Source: a virus. From it: a DNA stretch of 64,000 nt. The notes under the pieces were generated by a model. The model was given only the letters and a program-made list of their open reading frames with translations, ran no database searches and had not been told where the DNA came from. Shown piece after piece: positions 18,998 to 28,515 of the stretch. The stretch spans positions 35,860 to 99,859 of the IMG/VR virus record IMGVR_UViG_3300046314_000558. One strand, 5' to 3'. Within the stretch, counting starts at the first letter, position 1; each line of letters starts with the position of its first letter. Made by a program: the position numbers and the translations under genes.

Positions 18998-19756
18998 TTA
19001 GTTCCTATAAGCCATAATAATTTGCTTACACATTTTTGATCTGACAATGTCTTCATCAAGGAATTCAATAACCTCAATACCTTCAATGCCCTCTAAACGA
19101 TCCACAGCGTCTTCCAATCCACTATCAGGAATATCCGACTGCTCAGTGTCACCGCTAAAAATCATCTTGCAATTTTTGCCAATTCGCGATAACAGCATTT
19201 TCATTTCTTCACGAGTACAGTTTTGTGCCTCATCTACTAACACAATGCAATTGTCAAAAGTAGTACCGCGTAGGAATCCCAGAGGAGTTGGATCAATGTC
19301 CTTGGCTTTTAAACAGTATTCATAAAAACCTTTGCCTAGGGCTTTGGTAAAAATAGCATCAAAAGGCAATAAATACGGAGCGTACTTTTCTTCTAGAGTA
19401 CCTGGTAAGAATCCTAAGCCACGACCTGTTTCAATATTGGGTCGGGTTAGGATAACTTTATCAACTCGTTTGTGAAACAGCTCCGATGCTGCATAACTGG
19501 CTGCAATAAATGTTTTACCTGTACCAGCACTGCCAATACCAAATATTACATCATTGTGTTTGATAGCGTCTAGGTACTCACCTTGTACGAAGTTTAGTGG
19601 CTGGACTTCTTTGAAAGTATAATTACGCTGAGGTTGAGGCTCGCTGATACCAGCATGTTTTTCACTACGCAGTCTAGATTTTTCCTCCTGTGATGGACGG
19701 TTACTAGACTTTTTTGCTGGAAAGGTGCGATGGGTTTTACCACTATTTCTTGCCAT
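18998..19756 (-). CDS. phoH: PhoH-like ATPase
   Basis: GSAGTGKT, LGFLPG, LRGTTF, DEAQN, GDTEQSD, IVRS; AAGGA RBS before ATG 19756. Confidence 0.93.
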   Translation of the reverse strand: MARNSGKTHRTFPAKKSSNRPSQEEKSRLRSEKHAGISEPQPQRNYTFKEVQPLNFVQGEYLDAIKHNDVIFGIGSAGTGKTFIAASYAASELFHKRVDKVILTRPNIETGRGLGFLPGTLEEKYAPYLLPFDAIFTKALGKGFYEYCLKAKDIDPTPLGFLRGTTFDNCIVLVDEAQNCTREEMKMLLSRIGKNCKMIFSGDTEQSDIPDSGLEDAVDRLEGIEGIEVIEFLDEDIVRSKMCKQIIMAYRN

Positions 19757-19834
19757 GAATTTCCTTGTTGGTTTATATAAATCTCGTGGAAGCAATAATT
19801 TTACCACAAGATTAAACTGCTGTCAAATATAAAT

Positions 19835-20038
19835 TTACTTTGGGGCTTTTGGTGGCACAAGCGTACCTTCCAATTTTTTGTGCACTTTTACTTCTTTGCA
19901 CACTTGTTTTGGTTTCTTGGTCTTGGCATCTGTTTGTTCAACACATACCTTTTTAGTTTCGGCAGCAAATGCCGGATTGTTGTAGGAAACTGAAAAGATT
20001 CCTGCAACCATTAGTGTAGCCCAAATTACTTTTTTCAT
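19835..20038 (-). CDS. small exported basic protein (signal peptide, 2 Cys)
   Basis: MKKVIWATLMVAGIFSVSYNNPAFA signal; KKVC...QVCK. Confidence 0.7.
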   Translation of the reverse strand: MKKVIWATLMVAGIFSVSYNNPAFAAETKKVCVEQTDAKTKKPKQVCKEVKVHKKLEGTLVPPKAPK

Positions 20039-20491
20039 TTAAATCTCCGGTTGAGGTGCCTGTTGAGGCGCTGGCTTGCCATTAATCATACGAATCTCTG
20101 CGATTGCAGTGCCGTTGAATCCAGCTGTGGTACTAAGTCCTGGTGAGAAACTTGGTTCTTGGCGCGGTACATACGAAGTTTTAGCAGCTTGTGCTGCGTT
20201 TTCTTGTGCTTGTTTCATTAGTGCTAAACTAGCATCAACTTCTTCTTTTGACCCGCCTGCTAACATAATTCCCGATAGTGTACCAGTTAAAAATGTAGCA
20301 ATTGGCACAATTAACTCAAAGAATTTTTGGTCAATTGGTGAGATAGCGTTTAGTGGCTGTGTTACAAAAATCAAGCTGTAAAGCACCACAAACACAATAC
20401 CTGTTAGTGTTAGCGCCAAACACACTCCAATAAAAAACTTTAGGCGAGCCATTAGTTGCTCATCGGTGTATAAAAACGTGTTACTTTGCAC
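20039..20491 (-). CDS. two-TM membrane protein (holin-like topology)
   Basis: Hydrophobic FFIGVCLALTLTGIVFVVLYSLIFV and LIVPIATFLTGTLSGIMLAG. Confidence 0.7.
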   Translation of the reverse strand: MQSNTFLYTDEQLMARLKFFIGVCLALTLTGIVFVVLYSLIFVTQPLNAISPIDQKFFELIVPIATFLTGTLSGIMLAGGSKEEVDASLALMKQAQENAAQAAKTSYVPRQEPSFSPGLSTTAGFNGTAIAEIRMINGKPAPQQAPQPEI

Positions 20492-20750
20492 AGGTGACTC
20501 CTGAGGTGGTTGGTGTTGGGGTTTGAGCTGGCGTTGCCTGAGGGTCTAGTCTTGGGTCGCGCTGCCCTTTGAAAATATGGTCAGGACAAGTACGTGTTAC
20601 GTCGCAAATTGGTCGCTTACATTGTGGCGAGTCCCAATTATCCGGGTTTTGGCACGGATAGCGAAAACGATCTCCACCAAAAAACGCTAGTGCAACTGGC
20701 AGCACAATCAGCACTCCTAGCCATTTAAATAATTTTAAGTCGGTGTTCAT
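20481..20750 (-). CDS. single-TM protein with 4-Cys domain
   Basis: WLGVLIVLPVALAFFG then RYPCQNP...CKRPICDVTRTCP. Confidence 0.7.
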   Translation of the reverse strand: MNTDLKLFKWLGVLIVLPVALAFFGGDRFRYPCQNPDNWDSPQCKRPICDVTRTCPDHIFKGQRDPRLDPQATPAQTPTPTTSGVTCAK

Positions 20751-20753
20751 TGC

Positions 20754-21311
20754 TTATTTTCCTGCTAGCGGATTATCAATTGCCGCTTTAATTTTATTAT
20801 CTACATCACGACTTACACGCTCTAGCCTATTTTCAGTATCACGCTTTAGCTTATCCATATCGTCTTTTGTACGATCAAGGCTATTTCGTAGATCTTTTTG
20901 CACAGACTTTAAGTCTTGGTCAGTCTCACGCTGAGCTTGCTTAACGCTACGCTCAATCTGCTCTGTTACGGTTTCGTTACGACGTAAATCTTGTTTTAAG
21001 TCATTTTTAATATCACGAGTGTAGTCAGAAGTCTTTTGAGAATTTTCCTCAATTACTGATAGTCGTTTGTCAAAATTGCTTAAGTCAGGTGTTACATACT
21101 CAGCAATTTTCTTTTTCATACCCATATAGTCTTTGTATATTTCAAAAGTGCCATAAAGACCGCCCAGCGCACTACTTGCAATTGTAAAAGCAACCATAAG
21201 TTTGGCTGGAGTAAACTCGTATCCACCAATACTAATAACGGTGTCTTTTGAGGCATATTTTTTAGCTGCAGCTTCTAGCTCGTCAACTTTTTTGTTTAAG
21301 TCTTCTGCCAT
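20754..21311 (-). CDS. membrane-anchored coiled-coil protein
   Basis: LMVAFTIASSALGGLYG TM followed by charged heptads. Confidence 0.7.
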   Translation of the reverse strand: MAEDLNKKVDELEAAAKKYASKDTVISIGGYEFTPAKLMVAFTIASSALGGLYGTFEIYKDYMGMKKKIAEYVTPDLSNFDKRLSVIEENSQKTSDYTRDIKNDLKQDLRRNETVTEQIERSVKQAQRETDQDLKSVQKDLRNSLDRTKDDMDKLKRDTENRLERVSRDVDNKIKAAIDNPLAGK

Positions 21312-21319
21312 AATAACTC

Positions 21320-23008
21320 CTATTTATATTGTGAATTTACTAAGTCTTGATGCTTTTGATCCGACCCTAAACCGCGTAAAACTCGTACATTGTCTACAAC
21401 CTTTTGATTTTTGTAAACTTCCCGTGGCTCATAAAAACTTGCGTCACGTAACACAAAGTTTGTGTAGCCCGCATATCCTTGTGGAACCGTTGCCAGCTGC
21501 GCTACACTAACGCCTGTGGCCAGCTCGTTGGTGGCAGTTTGGCTACGCTGTGTTTGTGGTGCGCTGGGTGCCTCGGTTTGTGTAACCTGCTGTGCATCTA
21601 AAATTTGTTTTAGTGGACTGGTTACATCAGCTAAAAAGTTTGTGGTCTGTGCAACAGCTTCTGGCTCTTGATAGCGTGTTTGTTGTGTGGCAAAACTACC
21701 AGAGGTTTGTGTGGTTTGAGATTGCTCCACACTTGTTGGTGCCAACAATTGTTGCTGAAAATTTTGCTGCTGAGTGCTTGCGGCACTAAACACCTGCATG
21801 GCTTGTAACACGCCAGTTGTTTGTTGCTGTTGTGCGGCAACTGACATAACTGTAGCGCGGCTAGTGCCCACTGAGGTTTGTGCAACACTGTTACCCGAAC
21901 TGGTTTCTGCGCTTGCAACGCTGGACGCAACTGCTGCGGTTGTGGCGGCCGTGGCCACTTGTTGTGCGCGATCACTGCTTGCTTGTGCCACTGTTTCTGC
22001 GGCAGCAACCACCTGTTGTGCTACAGCTTTTTCACGTTCTGAGTTCTTGGCTATTAAACTAAGTGCAAAACTTAGGTTAACCGGCCCACTGCTGGATTTT
22101 TCCTGAGTGCTGGCTGCTGCACTTGTGGCGGCCGGAGCCTGTGGCTGAGATTGTTGTAGTGGAGGACTTCCGGGCTGTGGTGGGCTTCCGGGCGGTGGTG
22201 GTGGTCCTGGTGGTTGGGCGCCAGGCGGTGGCGGTTGATTGTTTGTGGGTGGTGCACCTGGCGGAGGCTCGCCGGTTTCGGGTGGCGGTGGTGGCGGAGC
22301 ATAGGCGACCGTTTCGGTTTGCCCAGGTTTAGGTGCCAGTTTGGCCAGTGCATCAAAGTATCCCGTACACGTAGTACTATAAAAGGTGTTTGTAGCGCAA
22401 GGATCAACCGAGTACTTTAGTGAAAAACTAACGTCCATGACTTCAGGCCCATATGGGCCCTGCCAGTAGTTATTATCTCGCCCAACAAGACCGTACCTGA
22501 CATTGGTTAGCTCAGGCACGGCATATGGGCTAGCAAAAGTTTCTGAGAAATCGAACCGTTTCCAGTTATATTGCTGGTTGGTATAAGCCGTATAGTCGTA
22601 CTCGGCTGCGGTGGCACCAGTTTTGTTATAAAACTTTACGTATGCGCTTAAATAGTCTTGTTGACCGTTATCCCAGCCATTGCCATTTTTAGCAGTAAAA
22701 ACAAAGTTAAATCCACTAACTTGTAATCCCTTGCCTGAGTTGGGTAGCACACTGGCAATTGAACGTAGCTGATACAAGTCAGTGGTACCGTAAGAGAAGT
22801 TTATGTTACCACCTGGGCTAACTATTGGTAGTGGCCCACAGTATCCTGGATCTCCTTGTGCCCAACAAGTTAGATTGCCTTGGTAAACCGCATTGTTCCA
22901 TGCCCCATTATTCACCAAATTACCAGTTGTGTCGACTTGTGCGTTAGAATAGCTTGTGAACCAAAAAGCCCAGCACAGCACCAAGGCCAATCTTCTTATA
23001 TACGTCAT
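21320..23008 (-). CDS. exported protein with beta-rich N-domain and Pro/Ala/Gln-rich stalk
   Basis: Signal peptide (RRLALVLCWAFWFTSYSNA), aromatic-rich domain, poly-Pro and Ala/Gln-rich segments. Confidence 0.7.
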   Translation of the reverse strand: MTYIRRLALVLCWAFWFTSYSNAQVDTTGNLVNNGAWNNAVYQGNLTCWAQGDPGYCGPLPIVSPGGNINFSYGTTDLYQLRSIASVLPNSGKGLQVSGFNFVFTAKNGNGWDNGQQDYLSAYVKFYNKTGATAAEYDYTAYTNQQYNWKRFDFSETFASPYAVPELTNVRYGLVGRDNNYWQGPYGPEVMDVSFSLKYSVDPCATNTFYSTTCTGYFDALAKLAPKPGQTETVAYAPPPPPPETGEPPPGAPPTNNQPPPPGAQPPGPPPPPGSPPQPGSPPLQQSQPQAPAATSAAASTQEKSSSGPVNLSFALSLIAKNSEREKAVAQQVVAAAETVAQASSDRAQQVATAATTAAVASSVASAETSSGNSVAQTSVGTSRATVMSVAAQQQQTTGVLQAMQVFSAASTQQQNFQQQLLAPTSVEQSQTTQTSGSFATQQTRYQEPEAVAQTTNFLADVTSPLKQILDAQQVTQTEAPSAPQTQRSQTATNELATGVSVAQLATVPQGYAGYTNFVLRDASFYEPREVYKNQKVVDNVRVLRGLGSDQKHQDLVNSQYK

Positions 23009-24059
23009 CTGTTTTTACCTCATCCAGTTTTGGAATCTTGTCTGGGTTAGCATCCCACTGCGCTTTGGCTTGAGCACCGATTTGTCCTTCGTATGGGCAA
23101 GGTGTTCCTGCCTGCAACATAGCATCAAATACGCGGCGATCTTGGCACATGGTAGCAACTGCAGCTACTTTCATACCCATGTCGTATAGGGTTTTTGACA
23201 ACTTTAAACGCTCGCAGTTCATGTCTCTGACAGTGCCACCACTGCTAACACCAAATACTTGTGTTTGTACGCTTCCTGAGTTACCGGTTGAACACAGGTC
23301 AGCGTTACCGCCACTCATCATTGCGGGAGCCACTGCTGTTGGAGGTGGCTGAATTACGCGCTGAGTTATGTTGGACTCATTAATATTCCGGTTGGTTAGC
23401 TCACCTGAGTTAATATTTTGATTAATGTTGGTGTTGGCGCTGGTATTTTGATTAACGTTGGTGTTGGAGGAAACCGCAGAGCTAGTACTTTGGTTAATGT
23501 TGGTCATTGAACCACTTTGAACGTTATTGTTGGTGCTAACAGAAGTGCTGGAGTTGATATTACGATTAGTCATATCACCAGTATTAATATTATTATTTGT
23601 TGCTGTTGAAGTACTAGTATTCGTATTATTGTTGTTATACGTCATTGTACCACTATTAATATTATTGTTTGTGTTAACACTTGTACTCGCATTATTATTA
23701 TTGTAAGTCATTGTTCCCGAATTAACATTATTGTTATTGTAGGTAACAGTTCCACTCATAGCATTGTTGTTATTATTGGTAACTGTACCCGACTGAATGT
23801 TGTTATTGGTATTTGTACTAGTTGACGTACTTGTATTATTGTTGTTGTTTGTGTTAGTCGAAAGACTATTAACAGTGCTCAAACTTGTTGAGTTTGAGTT
23901 ACTGATAGTATTCGAATTTGAATTAACGGTGCTAGTAGAAACCGAAGTTGAGTTAGTATCTACTAGACTTTTGGAATCGTAAGTACCTTGATTAATGAGC
24001 GTTTGAGCACCCACACTGCTTGCTGCAAACAACAAACCTGCTAAAACTATTTTAATCAT
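22944..24059 (-). CDS. exported Asn/Ser/Thr-repeat protein with Cys-containing C-domain
   Basis: Signal peptide; ~200 aa of NNN(I/V)NSGT(M/V)T repeats; DMNCERLKL...MCQD...TPCP; hydrophobic C-terminal tail. Confidence 0.75.
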   Translation of the reverse strand: MIKIVLAGLLFAASSVGAQTLINQGTYDSKSLVDTNSTSVSTSTVNSNSNTISNSNSTSLSTVNSLSTNTNNNNNTSTSTSTNTNNNIQSGTVTNNNNNAMSGTVTYNNNNVNSGTMTYNNNNASTSVNTNNNINSGTMTYNNNNTNTSTSTATNNNINTGDMTNRNINSSTSVSTNNNVQSGSMTNINQSTSSAVSSNTNVNQNTSANTNINQNINSGELTNRNINESNITQRVIQPPPTAVAPAMMSGGNADLCSTGNSGSVQTQVFGVSSGGTVRDMNCERLKLSKTLYDMGMKVAAVATMCQDRRVFDAMLQAGTPCPYEGQIGAQAKAQWDANPDKIPKLDEVKTDDVYKKIGLGAVLGFLVHKLF

Positions 24060-24060
24060 G

Positions 24061-24684
24061 TTACGCTCCTAGTACGTGTAGTGCATGTTGGTAATGCTTA
24101 ATGCGATCTTCTAAGCCAATAGTACCGCCATTAATGCGTTTTGTTAATGTAAGAATATCACCAGCGTCTGCCCACTGATTAAGTTTATTAGTTTCCCAAA
24201 ACCAACAAGCACTTTGAGCCGCACCTTCAAATGTTTCCAAGTATTCAGCAGCTTCTTCAACACCGATACCTAAGCTAGCAGCAAACCAAGTGTAGTTGTC
24301 TTTGCCAGTTAGCTGAATAAGACCCTTGCCACTATAACGATAGCCGTCGCCAGATTCTACCGGCCCGTTGCCCATGCGGTTGGCATACACAAGGTTGGCA
24401 ATTGCTTGCTGCTTGTTTGGCATCGCTGCATACTGCTGTGCCAACTCATCTGTGGGAAAGTACTTGGGAAATATCTTGCGTAGTGTAACTGCACGATAAT
24501 TTAAGTTTTCACGCAGTGCTGTAAAGCCGCCTGACTCGTGCGCACACTGTGCAACAAAAGCTGCAATGCGTTGTGGCGTATTGATTTTGTAGTCTGGTAA
24601 CAGCTGAGCTAGTGCCACATGCCATTGCTTAACATATGGATTACGAGGAATCAGCTGTTGTAGCTGTTCGAGAGTTAAATTCAT
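24061..24684 (-). CDS. endolysin, glycoside hydrolase family 19
   Basis: AAFVAQCAHESGG, ENLNY, YANRMGNG, GKGLIQLTGKDNY, TKRINGGTIGLEDR. Confidence 0.93.
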   Translation of the reverse strand: MNLTLEQLQQLIPRNPYVKQWHVALAQLLPDYKINTPQRIAAFVAQCAHESGGFTALRENLNYRAVTLRKIFPKYFPTDELAQQYAAMPNKQQAIANLVYANRMGNGPVESGDGYRYSGKGLIQLTGKDNYTWFAASLGIGVEEAAEYLETFEGAAQSACWFWETNKLNQWADAGDILTLTKRINGGTIGLEDRIKHYQHALHVLGA

Positions 24685-24947
24685 TACTTTAGTCCTTCAT
24701 GAATAAGTTTTTGTTTTTGGTACCACTCTTGCCAAGCTTCCAATTTGACCAAACAGCTGTAGTATTCGTTATAGTTAACGCTTACAGTTTTAGCAACACC
24801 GCTAAGAGTTGTGGTTGGGTCCAGCTTTTGTAGTGGTGGGCAGGCCTGCATGCTTTGCAAGCCTGGGGCCTCTGGCCACCGTTGCGTGACTGGCACGACT
24901 GTGGAGCAACCACTTAATAGTGCTAGTGATAGTAGTAGTGCTTTCAT
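24684..24947 (-). CDS. o-spanin (Rz1-like lipoprotein)
   Basis: Lipobox LLSGC, Pro-rich, adjacent to the endolysin. Confidence 0.8.
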   Translation of the reverse strand: MKALLLSLALLSGCSTVVPVTQRWPEAPGLQSMQACPPLQKLDPTTTLSGVAKTVSVNYNEYYSCLVKLEAWQEWYQKQKLIHEGLK

Positions 24948-25363
24948 TTAGGTTGCTCCGCTGCACGATTGTGTGCGTCTACAAATTCTTTGGGTATAGC
25001 ACAAGTGTTGTCGTATTTGACTACTTCACGGTCAATATACTGGATATTATCTGCACCGCGTTTTGTAATCACCTGTGTTTTGTATACTACTTTTTCTTTG
25101 ATAACTTCGTTGGTGGCCGCACTTGCCACTTCAGCTTGTGCAACTTTGGCCTCCAACTCTTGTGCCGCAGCTTTCCATGTGTTATCGCAGTACAGCATTC
25201 CCATAATGAAAATTGTTGCGGCTACGAGGATAGGGCTCACAATTTTAATAATGAACTCGTACGGTTTTAGCAGTTTTAAATGGCTTAAAAAATAGCCAGA
25301 TAATCCGGCTATTAATAACAGCCACCAAAACCAGTCTGGAATGATTTTGAAAATTAAAAACAT
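24944..25363 (-). CDS. i-spanin (Rz-like)
   Basis: N-terminal TM segments, coiled coil, C-terminal CAIPKEFVDAHN; overlaps the o-spanin start. Confidence 0.78.
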   Translation of the reverse strand: MFLIFKIIPDWFWWLLLIAGLSGYFLSHLKLLKPYEFIIKIVSPILVAATIFIMGMLYCDNTWKAAAQELEAKVAQAEVASAATNEVIKEKVVYKTQVITKRGADNIQYIDREVVKYDNTCAIPKEFVDAHNRAAEQPK

Positions 25364-25369
25364 AAAATT

Positions 25370-25540
25370 TTATAAAACCTGGTAGGCTCCACTGGGGTCT
25401 GCTACTGTTGGGTCTATTAGCGAGTCAGTGGCGACTTCAAGCAGCTTGGTTGCAGACGCACTTAGGTTGCTTTGTATTGACTGAAGTGAGCCCCACAACG
25501 TAAGATCAATTGTTTGAATTTGGTTGGTAAGATCGGCCAT
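25370..25540 (-). CDS. small hypothetical protein (56 aa, missing from ORF track)
   Basis: MADLTNQIQTIDLTLWGSLQ...DPSGAYQVL* with AAGGA RBS; fills the gap exactly. Confidence 0.65.
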   Translation of the reverse strand: MADLTNQIQTIDLTLWGSLQSIQSNLSASATKLLEVATDSLIDPTVADPSGAYQVL

Positions 25541-25547
25541 ATTATCC

Positions 25548-26603
25548 TTAACTTGTTTGCATAATTACACCAAAACCATTGCCACAATTAAAGAACGTAT
25601 AAGTTTCTCCGTTTACATTAACAGAATCACCAGTAGTACCCATATTAGGGCGAGTCCAATAAATAGGAACAACTCCAGTTACAAACTGTGTTGGGTATCC
25701 CAACTCTCCAATCTGGAAATAAACAGGGCTAATTTGGTATCTTGGTGCCCCTGCTGCATTGATTGAGTTATTACGATAAGTTGAACTTGCTTGTAATAAG
25801 TTACCCAAGTTAGCAGTACCTGCTTCAGAAGGATCATACGTACCGTAATAAGTACCAGTGTTTACGTTAGTAACTCCAATAGCGGCAACCATTATTCCAG
25901 GAGTCTGTGTTATTGTATAGTTAGTTGGAACAGTAGTATTAATTCTTGCAGTTGCACTACTAGTAGCATGGCAGTATTGCATAACAGGTGGTCTATTATA
26001 AAAATCATTTACATCGGTATTTGTTGCCTCCCATACTGCACTTAAGCCAGCAATTGACCCTTCAACAATAATTGTAATATGACGAGGTGTAGCAATAACG
26101 TGCAATATAAAATTGGCAGCAGTACAGATAGCTAGAGAGTTTGTTTCACCGATACCTCTTGCGGCTGCAGCAAAAGGTCGTGGGCCTTCATTTGTTGCAA
26201 CACCAAGAGCAGTGACGCTTTGAGCAGAAGTTAAAGCAAAAGAATAGCCGCTAGACGAAGAGCCACGCCAAACAATACTCATCAAAGCATACTTTAAACG
26301 TGAAGGCTGATTTAAACATGGTGCAGAAAATGCTAGATTATAGTGCGTATCATTTGTATAACCATAAGGGGCTGTTGTAGCTGCAGCAGAGTCTACTGCA
26401 GCAATCGTTGGTTGATCGGCAGCGCTAACACCGCCTACATACGTCCAACCTGCGGGAGTAGGATCAACTATAATTGAGGAACTTTTATTAAATGCTGTAA
26501 TTAAATCAAGGCTTGGAGCGTCAGAGGTAATCAGTCGGCCAATGTCGCGCATTGCACGAACTGCGCTAATAATTGAGGGGCCTACAACTAATTTTGCGTA
26601 CAT
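25548..26603 (-). CDS. putative virion/fibre-associated protein
   Basis: 351 aa, T/A/G-rich beta-type sequence in the fibre block; AAGGAG RBS. Confidence 0.55.
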   Translation of the reverse strand: MYAKLVVGPSIISAVRAMRDIGRLITSDAPSLDLITAFNKSSSIIVDPTPAGWTYVGGVSAADQPTIAAVDSAAATTAPYGYTNDTHYNLAFSAPCLNQPSRLKYALMSIVWRGSSSSGYSFALTSAQSVTALGVATNEGPRPFAAAARGIGETNSLAICTAANFILHVIATPRHITIIVEGSIAGLSAVWEATNTDVNDFYNRPPVMQYCHATSSATARINTTVPTNYTITQTPGIMVAAIGVTNVNTGTYYGTYDPSEAGTANLGNLLQASSTYRNNSINAAGAPRYQISPVYFQIGELGYPTQFVTGVVPIYWTRPNMGTTGDSVNVNGETYTFFNCGNGFGVIMQTS

Positions 26604-26806
26604 TAAACTACTCCTTGGTGAAATACCGTTATGTTAGGGTTGTTAATAGCTGAATCAGCTTTAAAGTAAACTACATCGCTAACTACAATATAATTGTAGC
26701 TAATATTATTGGCGTTGTGTAGTTCTTGCAATTGAGCGGCTGTTCCAGTAAATGTGTAAACAGTATTAGTTGAGCCAAAATAATCAATAATTTTTTCTGG
26801 TGTCAT
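26603..26806 (-). CDS. hypothetical protein
   Basis: 67 aa ORF translationally coupled to the downstream gene. Confidence 0.55.
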   Translation of the reverse strand: MTPEKIIDYFGSTNTVYTFTGTAAQLQELHNANNISYNYIVVSDVVYFKADSAINNPNITVFHQGVV

Positions 26807-26809
26807 GGT

Positions 26810-27280
26810 TTAGTTTCCATAATAGTTAACGCTTATGCTAAGACCTGCACCTGCAAGTGAAAGAGTTGTCCCAGCAGCTACAATATCTACGTATATATAG
26901 TTGCCTGCAGGTACTGTAGTATTTAAAGTAAAGTTAAAATTAGGAGTTTTAGCAGCTACAACAACATTATCTAATATAACGGTTGCGGTTGAATAAGACT
27001 GCCCCATTTTAAATCTCAGTATATTTGAACCGCCTGAAGGAACTCTTGTGAATTTTAGAGTTCCTGAGGTTACTAAACTATCGGTTGGAAAATAAAAACC
27101 CACATTACTGAGATTTTTGGTTGGCCGTACTTGAGTAGCAGCACTAGTAGTAATGCTTTTTGTTAGCAATTTAGTACCTGCAATTAGGTTGGCGGGTCCA
27201 GCTGTGAAAACACTCTTTACATTGGTAAAAACTTTACCAAGCGTATTATCAATTAAAAAATTTCTTGTTCTTGTTGCCAT
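26810..27280 (-). CDS. putative fibre-associated protein
   Basis: Beta-sandwich-like C-terminus (GNYIYVDIVAAGT...GAGLSISVNY). Confidence 0.55.
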   Translation of the reverse strand: MATRTRNFLIDNTLGKVFTNVKSVFTAGPANLIAGTKLLTKSITTSAATQVRPTKNLSNVGFYFPTDSLVTSGTLKFTRVPSGGSNILRFKMGQSYSTATVILDNVVVAAKTPNFNFTLNTTVPAGNYIYVDIVAAGTTLSLAGAGLSISVNYYGN

Positions 27281-27281
27281 A

Positions 27282-28460
27282 TTACATCTCCAGAGTAGTT
27301 ACTGCTGCTTTCCACTGTAGAGAAACTCCTGATAAACCGGTTACGTATAAATTAATACTATTATTTACATCATCTGCTCTAACGTCAACAGTAATATTAG
27401 GGGAGCTTCTGGTAACTACAATTTCGTAGACGTTACCTACGTCAGATACCACGTTGGCCTTGTTTGACACAACGCTTTTTAGCGTAAAAGCAGCATAGTT
27501 ACTACCGTCATTTGATTCTGTACATACAACATCAACTGTATAATAAGTATTTGTACCCGTAGTAGTAGGAATCCTACTGTCTGGAATACCGCCAACAAAT
27601 AATTCAGTTTCTACAGCAGTTGTAGTATACCCAACCATTAAATATTGGTTAGTGTAAGGTGAGGATGCTATAGAACCGTAAAAAACTTCTTTTGTACTTG
27701 CGTCGTATTGTAGAACACCAAACGAGGTTTGTCCACTAAAACTGCTGCGTATAGGGTTAATGTATAAGCCAGCGGCGCTAGAACTTAGGCTACTATACGC
27801 ATCAGTATTTATAACTATAGATCCTGCTGCTGATGCGGTAGTACTAGGTCCTAGAGCAATGGCTCCGGCTGTTGCTATGGCATTAGTACCAATGGCTATA
27901 GCATAGGAATCAGCAGTAGAAGCACCAGATCCAATAGCTATCTCATTACTACCATTATTATATGTACCGTAACCTATAGCAATACTATTGGAAAGCATGC
28001 TACCCGGACCAGGGCTACCAGAGTGCGAATTATTACCAATAGCAATACAATTACTGGCAGAAGTAACATTGTTACCAATACCAATACTACTTCCACCGCC
28101 TACTACGTCCTCATTGTTGTTTCCAATCATTATGGAAGGTGTTCCAGGATGGTTGGAAATTATTTTAATAGGTGCATTAGAAGGAAATTCTATATTAGAT
28201 AATTTTAACCCAGGGTAGTACGTACCATCGCTACCTGTGTCCGAGTCAATAAAGCCCAAAGTATGACCAAGAGTGTTAGAAATAGAGCCGCTACTGCCAC
28301 CGCCACCACCGCCAGTACCAGTGGGTTTATTGGTCAAATCTGTATAACTACCGGAGGTTGCAACAGTGGCCAATCCTGCAACCTCACTAGCCTGTACTAC
28401 GCCGTCTGCTAGTAATTGCCCATTTGAGGCTAAATTTGCCAATAGTCTTGCTTTAGTCAT
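27282..28460 (-). CDS. tail fibre-like protein with YadA/Hep_Hag-type head repeats
   Basis: LATVATSGSYTDLTNKP fibre motif; repeated xIAIG units. Confidence 0.7.
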   Translation of the reverse strand: MTKARLLANLASNGQLLADGVVQASEVAGLATVATSGSYTDLTNKPTGTGGGGGGSSGSISNTLGHTLGFIDSDTGSDGTYYPGLKLSNIEFPSNAPIKIISNHPGTPSIMIGNNNEDVVGGGSSIGIGNNVTSASNCIAIGNNSHSGSPGPGSMLSNSIAIGYGTYNNGSNEIAIGSGASTADSYAIAIGTNAIATAGAIALGPSTTASAAGSIVINTDAYSSLSSSAAGLYINPIRSSFSGQTSFGVLQYDASTKEVFYGSIASSPYTNQYLMVGYTTTAVETELFVGGIPDSRIPTTTGTNTYYTVDVVCTESNDGSNYAAFTLKSVVSNKANVVSDVGNVYEIVVTRSSPNITVDVRADDVNNSINLYVTGLSGVSLQWKAAVTTLEM

Positions 28461-28478
28461 AAGCCGCCCTTAATTTGC

Positions 28479-28494
28479 AGCAGCACGTGCTGCT
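28479..28494. repeat. perfect 16-bp palindrome downstream of pcyX
   Basis: AGCAGCACGTGCTGCT. Confidence 0.8.
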
Positions 28495-28515
28495 AAATAT
28501 TCTAATATTTCCCGC

